64,000 bases of DNA, taken from positions 7,998-71,997 of IMG/VR virus record IMGVR_UViG_3300031965_000012; one strand, written 5' to 3'. Each line of letters opens with the position of its first letter. The first letter of the stretch is position 1. The notes beneath the pieces were generated by a model. The model ran no database searches and was not told the origin of the DNA. It saw only the letters and a list, made by a program, of their open reading frames with translations. The translations under genes were made by a program, and so were the position numbers. This DNA comes from a virus (lineage: Duplodnaviria; Caudoviricetes). Below are positions 39,201-47,985 of the stretch, piece by piece.

Positions 39201-40194
39201 AGTAAGATGCAGTTCAAAGTTACCGCAACGCCTCCTTTCCTATTTCTTTCTTAGTACTGAAAAATCTAGCCACCTTACAATGGAGTATGATATGAAAAAC
39301 AATGTTGATTTATTTCTTGATTCAGGGGCATTTTCAGCATTCACGCAAAATACTGAAATTAATATCAACGAGTACATATCCTTTATTAAGGAACACAAAA
39401 ACCACCTTGAGGTATACGCCAATCTTGATTCCATCGGTGATCCGAAACAAACATGGAAAAATCAAAAGGTAATGGAAAAAGCGGGATTACACCCTCTGCC
39501 CTGTTTCCATTACAACGAACCAATAAAATACCTCAAGCGGTACGTTAAGAAATATGACTACATAGCATTAGGAGGTATGGTCCCTATTTCAACTAAGGAT
39601 TTACAAGTATGGCTTGATGACATGTTCCAAAATTACATCTGTGATAAAGATGGGATGCCGAAAGTAAAAGTTCACGGATTTGGAATGACAAGCCTTGTTC
39701 TCATGTTGCGGTATCCCTGGTATTCTGTTGATAGCACATCATGGGTAATGGCCTCGCGTATGGGAACCATTTACATACCACGTTTTAAAAATGGTAAATG
39801 GTTTTACGATGAAAATTGCTGGAAAATAAGTGTATCTGCAAAATCCCCTAATCTTAAAGATAAAAACAAACACATCTCCACCATGTCACCTAAAATAGTA
39901 AAAGTGATTTTAGACTATTTAGAGGATAAAGGGTATCTTCTCGGAAAATCAGAATTTAAAGAAGTCCCAGCAGATTATGAACCCACAGGTAATGAGAGGT
40001 GGGCTTGTGCTAAAAAAGAGAGGACAGCGACTGGTAAGGGCCATGTTGAGAATATAATTAAGCCGGGGCTTTGTAATGATTACAAATTAAGGGATGAAGT
40101 CAACATTATTTATTTTAAAGATTTACAGGAGGCTCTGCCAGAATGGCCGTGGAAATTAAATCTGCCAAAAGTGAATAAAGGATTTGGAATATGA
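39157..40194 (+). CDS. dpdA: DpdA-like (TGT-fold) DNA deazaguanine transglycosylase
   Basis: LFLDSGAFSA, YANLD.IGD, PCFH, YIALGGMV, KVHGFG, YPWYSVDSTSW; sits in the que cluster. Confidence 0.75.
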   Translation: MKIWIAGETCQIEREVRCSSKLPQRLLSYFFLSTEKSSHLTMEYDMKNNVDLFLDSGAFSAFTQNTEININEYISFIKEHKNHLEVYANLDSIGDPKQTWKNQKVMEKAGLHPLPCFHYNEPIKYLKRYVKKYDYIALGGMVPISTKDLQVWLDDMFQNYICDKDGMPKVKVHGFGMTSLVLMLRYPWYSVDSTSWVMASRMGTIYIPRFKNGKWFYDENCWKISVSAKSPNLKDKNKHISTMSPKIVKVILDYLEDKGYLLGKSEFKEVPADYEPTGNERWACAKKERTATGKGHVENIIKPGLCNDYKLRDEVNIIYFKDLQEALPEWPWKLNLPKVNKGFGI

Positions 40195-40343
40195 AAATTT
40201 ATTTAGCCACCTGGTTATTGGAACCTAGTCAGGGATTATCCCTGACTAATGTAAATGCACGAAATAGACTGATCTCATATTTTCATACCCAGCAAAAAGA
40301 AAAATTTTTAAAAAATTATGTTATAACAGGCATAGTAAAATGA
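40191..40343 (+). CDS. Small protein resembling the DpdA N-terminal module (copy 3)
   Basis: MKIYLATW...RNRLISYFH; ATGA overlap; not in the ORF track. Confidence 0.55.
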   Translation: MKIYLATWLLEPSQGLSLTNVNARNRLISYFHTQQKEKFLKNYVITGIVK

Positions 40344-40504
40344 AAATCTACCTGGCAGCATCCGCCCCTGGCACTGAACCTGAAAGAACTCTCTCTCTTG
40401 CTATCAAAACAAGATTATTATCCTACCATCATATAAAGATGAAACAATTCGCAATTGATCAAATATTCTATAAATTAATCGGAGGAAAAAAGAATGGAAA
40501 TTAA
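40340..40504 (+). CDS. Small protein resembling the DpdA N-terminal module (copy 4)
   Basis: MKIYLAAS...KTRLLSYHH; ATGA overlap; not in the ORF track. Confidence 0.55.
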   Translation: MKIYLAASAPGTEPERTLSLAIKTRLLSYHHIKMKQFAIDQIFYKLIGGKKNGN

Positions 40505-41519
40505 CAGAAAAGAATTACTTGAGGCACTTAATGCGGTAAAGCCCGGACTTGCATCAAAAGAAGTGCTTGAGCAAACAACATCATTTATTTTTCAGAAAAA
40601 GAAAATTTATACTTACAATGACGAAATCGCAATTACAACCGATACCCCCCTTGATATTACCGGCGCAATTCCATCCAAAGAGCTGCATGGTATTTTAACA
40701 AAAAAATCAGAGGAAGTACTGAATATTGAGGTAGTTGATAACGAGCTTCAAATTAAAGGGAAACGGTCAAAAAGTGGTATCCGCCTCGACGAGGAAATCA
40801 CCATTCCGATAAAAGAAATTGGTAAGCCAAAAGAATGGAATAAAATACCTGAGAATTTCACACAGGCCTTAAAAATGTGTGTTGGCTCCGCCTCAACTGA
40901 TATGACAAAGCCAGTACTGACCTGTATTCATCTATTTGAAAATTACGTGGAAAGTATGGATAATCTGAGATTGACTCGTTTTGATCTATCGAAGACAGAT
41001 GATGACGGAGATTTATTTTTCCCCGACCACATCCTACTTCCTGCCTCCTCTGCCGCTCAATTAATCAACTACACCCCTGTAAAATATAGCCTGACGGATG
41101 GATGGATTCATTTTAAGTGCGGAAACAATGTTATTTTTTCCTGCCGTATTCAGGAAGGGGAATACCCAGAAATAGAGCAGTATATTGAATTAAAGAAAAG
41201 CGCAAGTTTAAAGCTGCCATCAAACCTAACTGATATAATCAATAAAGCTGCTATATTTGCCTCATCAGATTTTGACTCTGATACACAGATTAAAGTCACT
41301 ATCAAAGAAAAGAAAATAGTCATCCGTGGTGAAGGAAATACCGGATGGTTTGAAGAATCTGCCAAAATCAAATATGAAGGGAAGCCGGTTACTTGTTACC
41401 TTCACCCCGCTCATTTATCCTATATTATATCCCATCTGGATCATTGTGAAGTGAATGAAAACGCTATGAAATTCATCGGCAATGATTTCTGCCATGTTAT
41501 TTCCATTGAATCTGAATAA
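40494..41519 (+). CDS. DNA polymerase III beta-like sliding clamp
   Basis: MEINRKELLEAL, SASTDMTKPVLTCIH, MDNLRL, CRIQEGEYP. Confidence 0.75.
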   Translation: MEINRKELLEALNAVKPGLASKEVLEQTTSFIFQKKKIYTYNDEIAITTDTPLDITGAIPSKELHGILTKKSEEVLNIEVVDNELQIKGKRSKSGIRLDEEITIPIKEIGKPKEWNKIPENFTQALKMCVGSASTDMTKPVLTCIHLFENYVESMDNLRLTRFDLSKTDDDGDLFFPDHILLPASSAAQLINYTPVKYSLTDGWIHFKCGNNVIFSCRIQEGEYPEIEQYIELKKSASLKLPSNLTDIINKAAIFASSDFDSDTQIKVTIKEKKIVIRGEGNTGWFEESAKIKYEGKPVTCYLHPAHLSYIISHLDHCEVNENAMKFIGNDFCHVISIESE

Positions 41520-41811
41520 ATAAATTTCTTAGTTACTCTTAGAAAATAGAATGAAACTACTGATGCGTTTGATGGTATCACCACTGGTTTTACTGAGAAT
41601 TTTAGCTGCGTACTTCATAGCCAGTCTTGGCACCTGGCTGGTTTGGGTTTTTGATTCAAAATACGACCATGCCTCCGCCATGATTGCAACTGCGGGGATG
41701 ATAGATTTTTTGAAGAAGTGGCGAGAATAATTCAGCCACGCTTAATATTCCCCGCCGCAAGACTTAAGATATTTGACGTGACAAAAGAAAATAGAATAAA
41801 GGATTTGGAAT

Positions 41812-42123
41812 ATGATAGAATTACTACATAAAATACTTTCATTCCGTGATAAACGGAACTGGAAACGATTTCATTCTGGAATGTCATTATCACATGGCCT
41901 CATGATTGAAGCTGGTGAATTGGCAAGAAATTTTCAATGGAATAGAAGTCCTAACATTGAAAATCTTATTGATGAAATAGCGGATTGTCAGATTTTTTTA
42001 ATGTATATTGCCCATGATAACGGAATTGATATTAAAAAAGTAGTAGAACAGAAGATAGCCAAAAATGAAATAAAATACCCTGTAAACGGTGCCCTTGAAA
42101 AAGAATGGGGTAAATGTAAATGA
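41812..42123 (+). CDS. MazG-like nucleotide pyrophosphohydrolase
   Basis: EAGELARNFQW, DEIADCQIFL, QKIAKNEIKYP. Confidence 0.8.
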   Translation: MIELLHKILSFRDKRNWKRFHSGMSLSHGLMIEAGELARNFQWNRSPNIENLIDEIADCQIFLMYIAHDNGIDIKKVVEQKIAKNEIKYPVNGALEKEWGKCK

Positions 42124-43424
42124 AGGGGTTTTTCAGCTCTTCTACCATTGAGAAATACAGTGGTGAAAAAAGGACCAGTACTATTGCCGCCTGTGGTAGT
42201 TGTGGGATTTATAAAAAATGCAAAAACCCAAAGCTAACGGCAATAGGGAAAGGGAAAAAGAAAATATTAATTATCAATGATTGCGTCTCTGCCAAAGAAG
42301 ATTACCACGGAACCTACATAATCCCCAATAATATAAAAAAAGCGTTTAAAGATTGTGGGATTGATATTGAAAAAGATTGTAAAGTAATCGCCGCCATTCA
42401 GTGTTTTAATGGGGATAGACAAGGTAAGCATTCTTGGTGTTCCTACGCCCAAATAGAGGCCTGTAGGCCCCGAATAATGAAAGAGGTGGCTGAGTATAAG
42501 CCACGAATGATTTTTCTTCTGAGCGGGCAAATATTTAAAAAAGCAGAGGACTCAAAATTTGCGGTTGAATCATATTTAGGGCATCGATGGAAAAAAGAAC
42601 TTGGTGGAGTCCATAAATGGCGAAATCATGTTATCCCAGATCATGAAAATAATTGCTGGGTGGTCCCAACATATAGCCCTCAATATATAGAGCGCCATGC
42701 TATTAAAAAGGGGATGGATACAACTGAGATATTTTGGCGGCAGGATATTAGCCAGGCATTAGAGTATCTTGATAAGCCACTACCACACAAATTTGAAACA
42801 TCCCAAATTGAAGTACTCACCAAAGAAAAAGAAATCAATAGCAGGTTAAACCGTATTTTACAGCTCCAACCATATATTGCTTTTGACTATGAAACAACCG
42901 GATTAAAGCCACATAGAAAAGAACAGAAAATATATACTTGTTCTATATGTGATAACCTCGATTCAGCGTTTGCTTTCCCGATGTCCGATGAAATTCTTAC
43001 TAATTTTAAGGCTATTTTACTACAATGGAGAATTAGAAAGATAGCGGCCAATCTCAAATTTGAACACATATGGTCAAACGTAAAATTAGGCACAAACGTT
43101 ATGGGATGGTTGTGGGATACAATGTTGACTGCTCATTTAATTGATAACAGAAAAATGATTACTTCCCTTAAATTTCAATCTTTTGTCCGGTTTGGTGTAG
43201 AAGATTATGATAGCCACATAGCTCCATTTTTAAAGGCTACTGATAAGGAGGTTGACAAATACGGGGCAAACGGACTGAACCAGATCCACAAAATTGATAT
43301 GAAGGATTTACTTATATACAATGGAATGGATGCATTACTGGAATACCACTTGGCACTTGATCAAATGGAACGGATGAAAATTGATCCTAAAGAATTTAGA
43401 TTGCCAACAAGTGAGGGGGTATAA
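42120..43424 (+). CDS. Uracil-DNA-glycosylase-like domain fused to PolA 3'-5' exonuclease
   Basis: CGSCGIYKKC, IEACRP, PTYSP (family-4 UDG-like); AFDYETTG, NLKFE, WDTML, YNGMDA (exonuclease). Confidence 0.82.
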   Translation: MKGFFSSSTIEKYSGEKRTSTIAACGSCGIYKKCKNPKLTAIGKGKKKILIINDCVSAKEDYHGTYIIPNNIKKAFKDCGIDIEKDCKVIAAIQCFNGDRQGKHSWCSYAQIEACRPRIMKEVAEYKPRMIFLLSGQIFKKAEDSKFAVESYLGHRWKKELGGVHKWRNHVIPDHENNCWVVPTYSPQYIERHAIKKGMDTTEIFWRQDISQALEYLDKPLPHKFETSQIEVLTKEKEINSRLNRILQLQPYIAFDYETTGLKPHRKEQKIYTCSICDNLDSAFAFPMSDEILTNFKAILLQWRIRKIAANLKFEHIWSNVKLGTNVMGWLWDTMLTAHLIDNRKMITSLKFQSFVRFGVEDYDSHIAPFLKATDKEVDKYGANGLNQIHKIDMKDLLIYNGMDALLEYHLALDQMERMKIDPKEFRLPTSEGV

Positions 43425-44888
43425 ATGCTACTACATCCACAAACAAAACAAGCAAACCAATTACTCCATGAGGGTATCCTTGCTTTTGCCGATTTTGAAA
43501 TGAACGGTCTAAGGATTGATTTAAAACACTGTAAAAAGTGGGATAAGAAAATCACAAAAAAGATTAAAAAATTAACCACAAAAATTTATAAATCAAAGGA
43601 AATAAAAGTTTGGAAAAAGGTGTATAAGTCCGATTTCAATATGGATTCTAACAAACAGTTGGGAACCGTACTTTTTGAGCATTTAGGCTATAAACCTGAG
43701 ATATACACCACGGAAGAAAAAACAACTCCTAGCGTATCAGAGGCCGCTTTACAGGCGGCAAATATTCCTATTGCAAACCAGCTCCTTGAACTGAGAAAAA
43801 TTCAAAAACTTCAAAATACGTACCTTGGTAACATTATAAAAGAGACGATTGACGGGTATATCCATCCAATATTTAATTTACATACCGTATCAACTTTCCG
43901 CTCAAGTAGCAACAGTATTAACTTCCAAAATCAGCCCAAACGTGATCCAAAAGCAAAGAAAATGATCCGGTCTGCTTTTATTCCAAGAGAGGGACATTGT
44001 CTAGGTGGGTTGGATTATTCCGGTGTGGAAGTACGAATTTCTTGCTGTGTCCATAAAGATCCGAATCTAATTGCTGATGTAATTGATCCTAAAAAAGATA
44101 TGCATCGGGATATGGCAATTGAATGCTTTATGTTGGATGAAAATGAGTGGACAAAACAAGCACGAAATACAGCAAAAAATAAATTTGTTTTCCCAGAGTT
44201 TTATGGAAACTGGTTTAAAGCATGTGCCAGAGATTTATGGAATGATATTGAATTATACGGCCTTGTAACAAAAAATGGGACCCCACTCTATGAACATTTA
44301 AAAAAACAGGGTATTAAAAATCTCTCTCAATATACAGATTATATTGAGGATGTTGAGGATAGATTTTGGAATGTGCGATACCCTGTATTTAATGAGTGGA
44401 AAGAAAAGGTCTGGCATGATTATCAAAAAACTGGCTATGTGGATTTAATTACCGGATTTCGTTGCCGGGAAAAAATGAAAAAAAATGAGGTATTAAACAG
44501 GCCAATTCAAGGCCCCGCATTCCATTGTCTTGTTTGGTCAGCAATTGAAGCAAATAGAATAGCTAAAAAAGAGAAATGGAAAACCAAATTAGTAGGGCAA
44601 ATCCACGATGAATTGACCGTGGATTTTAATGGAAAAGAGATGTCTTATGTACTTGATACCGCCAGCCGTATAATGACAAAAGACATTAGAGAGGCGTTTC
44701 CGTGGATCATTATTCCGCTTGAAGTTGAGGCGGAAGTCACCCCTTTAAATAGCCCGTGGCCCACTGCAAAAGGAGTAACAAGGTCTGGTAAATGTAAGTG
44801 TGGAAATCGTTGGTGGCATGTGGAGCTATTGGAAAACTCATTTACAAAATGGATCTGCCCTGTTTGTGGAAATTCGGAGTGTAAATAA
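43425..44888 (+). CDS. Family A DNA polymerase (polymerase domain)
   Basis: TFRSSSNSINFQNQP, LDYSGVEVRI, AKNKFVFPEFYG, NRPIQG, QIHDE. Confidence 0.92.
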   Translation: MLLHPQTKQANQLLHEGILAFADFEMNGLRIDLKHCKKWDKKITKKIKKLTTKIYKSKEIKVWKKVYKSDFNMDSNKQLGTVLFEHLGYKPEIYTTEEKTTPSVSEAALQAANIPIANQLLELRKIQKLQNTYLGNIIKETIDGYIHPIFNLHTVSTFRSSSNSINFQNQPKRDPKAKKMIRSAFIPREGHCLGGLDYSGVEVRISCCVHKDPNLIADVIDPKKDMHRDMAIECFMLDENEWTKQARNTAKNKFVFPEFYGNWFKACARDLWNDIELYGLVTKNGTPLYEHLKKQGIKNLSQYTDYIEDVEDRFWNVRYPVFNEWKEKVWHDYQKTGYVDLITGFRCREKMKKNEVLNRPIQGPAFHCLVWSAIEANRIAKKEKWKTKLVGQIHDELTVDFNGKEMSYVLDTASRIMTKDIREAFPWIIIPLEVEAEVTPLNSPWPTAKGVTRSGKCKCGNRWWHVELLENSFTKWICPVCGNSECK

Positions 44889-44890
44889 AT

Positions 44891-45706
44891 ATGAAAAAAG
44901 CGGCCTGGTTTTGTACTAAAGTTGATAAACATCGTTTAAGTGAAGATGAAACAACGCGCTACATAAAACGGGCACGGCGTGGGAATAGAGCTGCTCGTGA
45001 TTTAATCGTTCAGGATAATATTTTTTTAGTTATTAAAATCGCGGGGGAACTCAATAAAATTTATCGTTATAAGGGTGAATTTGAGGATCTTGTCCAGGAA
45101 GGTTCCATCGGTATAATAAAGGCAATTTCCACTTTTGATTTATCCAGAAATATAAAATTTATGTCCTACGCCCATTACTGGGTACGTGCTGAAATTATTA
45201 GATTTATCATTAACAATACAAAGATAATAAAAATTGGGACAACCCAAACCGAAAGGGCCTTATTTTTTAAAGGCAAAATGATAAATGAGATTCTCAGACT
45301 ACCCCTGCCTGAAAGAGAGAAAGAAATTGCGGAATTAGCAGCAGCATATAATACCACAGTTGATATAATTTGGAGTTTTATCCCCCGGCTAAATAAAGCT
45401 AGTGAACGTTCATTTAGTTTAGAATTAGGGGATGATATTCCATCTGAAAAAACAATAGAGGAGTGCCACTGTGAGGAAGAGGAGGCATCATTTTTATTAA
45501 AAGCGATATCAACAGCATTAAATAAAAATGAGTTATATGTGATCAATAACCGGTATCTAAAAGATGAAAAAACCTTACAGGAAATCGGGGATGAATTAGG
45601 TTTTACAAGGGAACGAATTAGGCAAATTGAAACTAAAGCACTTGGTAAAATAAAAAAACAATATCAATTTTTAACATGGGAGAAAAACAATGCCACTACA
45701 TATTGA
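44891..45706 (+). CDS. RpoH-like group 3 sigma factor
   Basis: DLVQEGSIGIIKAISTFD, FMSYAHYW, KIGTTQTERALFF (RpoH-box-like), TLQEIGDELGFTRERIRQIE. Confidence 0.85.
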   Translation: MKKAAWFCTKVDKHRLSEDETTRYIKRARRGNRAARDLIVQDNIFLVIKIAGELNKIYRYKGEFEDLVQEGSIGIIKAISTFDLSRNIKFMSYAHYWVRAEIIRFIINNTKIIKIGTTQTERALFFKGKMINEILRLPLPEREKEIAELAAAYNTTVDIIWSFIPRLNKASERSFSLELGDDIPSEKTIEECHCEEEEASFLLKAISTALNKNELYVINNRYLKDEKTLQEIGDELGFTRERIRQIETKALGKIKKQYQFLTWEKNNATTY

Positions 45707-46598
45707 TTACCGGCCAGATAATTTAGATGAAATTGAGGGAAATGAAGCAGTTGTTAAAGCATTAAAAAGCAAATTAAAGAGTAAGGACATTCCCCACTCT
45801 TTTTTGATAACCGGTCCTAGCGGATGTGGGAAAACAACAATCGCCCGAATCATTAAAACAGAATTAGGATGTAGTGATGATAATTACAAAGAGGTAGATT
45901 CGGCAGATTTTAGGGGGATTGATAGCATTCGTGAAATCAGGAAACAAATGAATACCAAAGGACTAGGCGGGGGTATTAAAGTTTATTTGCTAGATGAATG
46001 TCATCAGATATCTAAAGATGGACAATCAGCACTATTGAAAGCATTAGAGGACACGCCACCTCATGTTTATTTTATTTTGGCAACCACTGATCCACAAAAG
46101 CTATTACCAACTATAAAAACGCGTTGTACGACATATAATGTTGAACCCCTTACCCAGGCCCATATGGAGAAGTTTTTGGCGGAGATATGCGATTCTGAAG
46201 CCAAGAAAGTACCAGAAAAAGTACTTGCTCAGATTGCCATGGATTCTATGGGTAGTCCGAGGGCGGCACTTGTCATTTTAGACAAAGTAATCGACATGAA
46301 GAAAAAGGATATGGAGGAAGCTGCAAAACAAGCTGCTATACAGGAAAATCAGTCGATTGAGCTATATCAGGCGGTAATTAAGAAAAAGGGCTGGAAAGCG
46401 ATTTCTGCTATCATAAAAGGGCTAAATGAAGAGCCTGAGACAATCAGAATAAAAGGAATGTTTTATTTTGAAGCTGTGTTGCTAAATAGTGGACAAGAAC
46501 GGATGTTTGATATTTTGGAATGTTTAAATAAACCAATATATAATGAGCCAAAGCGCCCTCAACTATCCATGATGTTTTTTGATGCATCCTCATGTTAA
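45690..46598 (+). CDS. Clamp loader (DnaX gamma/tau-like)
   Basis: LHIDYRP, GPSGCGKTT, LLDECH, ALLKALEDTP, ATTDPQKL..TIKTRC. Confidence 0.9.
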   Translation: MPLHIDYRPDNLDEIEGNEAVVKALKSKLKSKDIPHSFLITGPSGCGKTTIARIIKTELGCSDDNYKEVDSADFRGIDSIREIRKQMNTKGLGGGIKVYLLDECHQISKDGQSALLKALEDTPPHVYFILATTDPQKLLPTIKTRCTTYNVEPLTQAHMEKFLAEICDSEAKKVPEKVLAQIAMDSMGSPRAALVILDKVIDMKKKDMEEAAKQAAIQENQSIELYQAVIKKKGWKAISAIIKGLNEEPETIRIKGMFYFEAVLLNSGQERMFDILECLNKPIYNEPKRPQLSMMFFDASSC

Positions 46599-46694
46599 GT
46601 ATAAAATAATTAAAATAAACCTTGTTTTTATTTTAAATTGCTATATAATAGTAATCAAGAGGTAAGGGAAATTCAACAATAACTAAAAACAAGG
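46597..46694 (+). repeat. Class-E promoter plus leader copy 5, directly upstream of the cassette island
   Basis: 98 bp identical to 28635-28732. Confidence 0.85.
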
Positions 46695-46703
46695 AGAACT
46701 ACC

Positions 46704-46898
46704 ATGAAACTTTACGCTTATGACCCCAACACGATGGAAGTTTTGGCAATCGCAAATGGAGAAACCAACGAAGAATGTGAATCCAAAATGAACGAAGCCG
46801 GATTTCCTGACGGTGACGAGATCGGTTGGACTTACTCTCCGGCCTTTGGAGCGGTTGACGGTTTGGTAGAAACTGACGATGCCAAGGAAATCGAGTAA
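46704..46898 (+). CDS. Acidic hypothetical early protein
   Basis: AAGGAG RBS; GC-richer codons than the flanking core genes. Confidence 0.6.
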   Translation: MKLYAYDPNTMEVLAIANGETNEECESKMNEAGFPDGDEIGWTYSPAFGAVDGLVETDDAKEIE

Positions 46899-46909
46899 TG
46901 GTTGAGGCC

Positions 46910-46943
46910 AAAAAGAGCCGGGGTAATAATGTTGACCCGGCTC
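46910..46943 (-). terminator. Minus-strand intrinsic terminator candidate
   Basis: GAGCCGGG/CCCGGCTC stem followed by TTTTT on the minus strand. Confidence 0.5.
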
Positions 46944-47091
46944 ACTCAAAGAGAACGCCCGCCGGGTAGCGATAAAAATACGCTGGACGGCGGGCGAAAT
47001 TGAAGAGGTCAAGGTAGCGGCGGAACGGGCCGGCGAGGATGTTTCCTCTTTTATTCGGGTCGCTGCCCTTGACCGTTGCCGTAAAATCTAA
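46944..47091 (+). pseudogene. RHH-like gene fragment lacking an in-frame start
   Basis: RVAIKIRWTAGEIEEVKVAAERAGEDVSSFIRVAALDRCRKI*; three in-frame stops upstream inside the hairpin. Confidence 0.4.
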
Positions 47092-47211
47092 CGCCAAGGG
47101 TAACTTGCCTTTTGGCTACCACAAACTTGATAAGGAGCAATGGGATGAATCAACCACATGATATTGACGAAGCCGACGGCCAAAAGGTCAACGTTGGCCC
47201 GTTTGTTAGCG
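47086..47211 (-). other. attC site 1 (126 bp)
   Basis: + strand ATCTAAC-GCCAAG-GGTAACT...CGTTGGCC-CGTTT-GTTAGCG; extra G and T in the 3' arm. Confidence 0.8.
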
Positions 47212-47447
47212 GCTTTGAGGAGTTATTTAATGCCCTGAAAGAATCACTTGAACATGACGTTTCATGGTGGCGTATTATCGGATTTGTAGATGAACCGAAA
47301 GGAGACTGCCAACCGAGCGATTGCAAATATTTTGAATACGAATTTTGTGACCAGAGATGCGGCGGGCCGGATGGGGATATGTGTGATGGCGACATCTATT
47401 TTCCACTCCCTGATGGCAGATTTCTGATGGTGAATTATTGCATCTAA
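47145..47447 (+). CDS. Cassette A hypothetical Cys-rich protein (starts inside attC1)
   Basis: AAGGAG RBS at 47132-47137; stop TAA inside the next box. Confidence 0.6.
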   Translation: MNQPHDIDEADGQKVNVGPFVSGFEELFNALKESLEHDVSWWRIIGFVDEPKGDCQPSDCKYFEYEFCDQRCGGPDGDMCDGDIYFPLPDGRFLMVNYCI

Positions 47448-47529
47448 CGTTAAGGGTGAGCCGACCGGGCCACCCAACAAGGCAAAAACCGCCAGCGTTC
47501 CCCCGGTCGGCTCTACCCGCTTGTTATGC
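47442..47529 (-). other. attC site 2 (88 bp)
   Basis: ATCTAAC-GTTAAG-GGTGAGC-CGACCGGG...CCCGGTCG-GCTCTACC-CGCTT-GTTATGC. Confidence 0.88.
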
Positions 47530-47547
47530 ACTTTTGGAGTTATTGCA

Positions 47548-47976
47548 ATGGCAAATTGGGATAAGCGATTCCTTGACCTGGCCCAGCATATTGCTGGATG
47601 GTCAAAAGATCCATCGACACGGTGTGGGGCTGTTGTCACAGATGGGAAGCGGATAGTTAGCATGGGTTTTAACGGATTTCCACAGGGTGTTGGAGATACC
47701 AGCGAGCGACTGGACAACAGAGAGACAAAATACCGTCTTGTGTTACACGCCGAACAAAACGCGTTGTCATTTGCGAACCGTGATCTATCAGGCTGCACAA
47801 TCTATGTCTACCCTATGCCTCCATGTTCCAGATGTGCGGCCCAGATTATCCAGGCTGGAATTAGACGAATAGTCACTCAGCGTCCTGATGCTGATAAGTT
47901 GGAACGGTGGCAGGAAGATTTTGAGTTGGCCAACGAAATGTACCGGGAAACCGGTGTTGATTTTAACTACCTGTAA
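47548..47976 (+). CDS. dCMP deaminase (cassette B)
   Basis: WDKRFLDLA, SKDPST, MGFNGFP, HAEQNA, PCSRCA. Confidence 0.92.
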   Translation: MANWDKRFLDLAQHIAGWSKDPSTRCGAVVTDGKRIVSMGFNGFPQGVGDTSERLDNRETKYRLVLHAEQNALSFANRDLSGCTIYVYPMPPCSRCAAQIIQAGIRRIVTQRPDADKLERWQEDFELANEMYRETGVDFNYL

Positions 47977-47985
47977 GGAGAAGAC

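Noticed and set aside
17102-44888. Inteins or introns in TerL, helicases or PolA
   Set aside because: Lengths are normal and no splicing motifs were seen.
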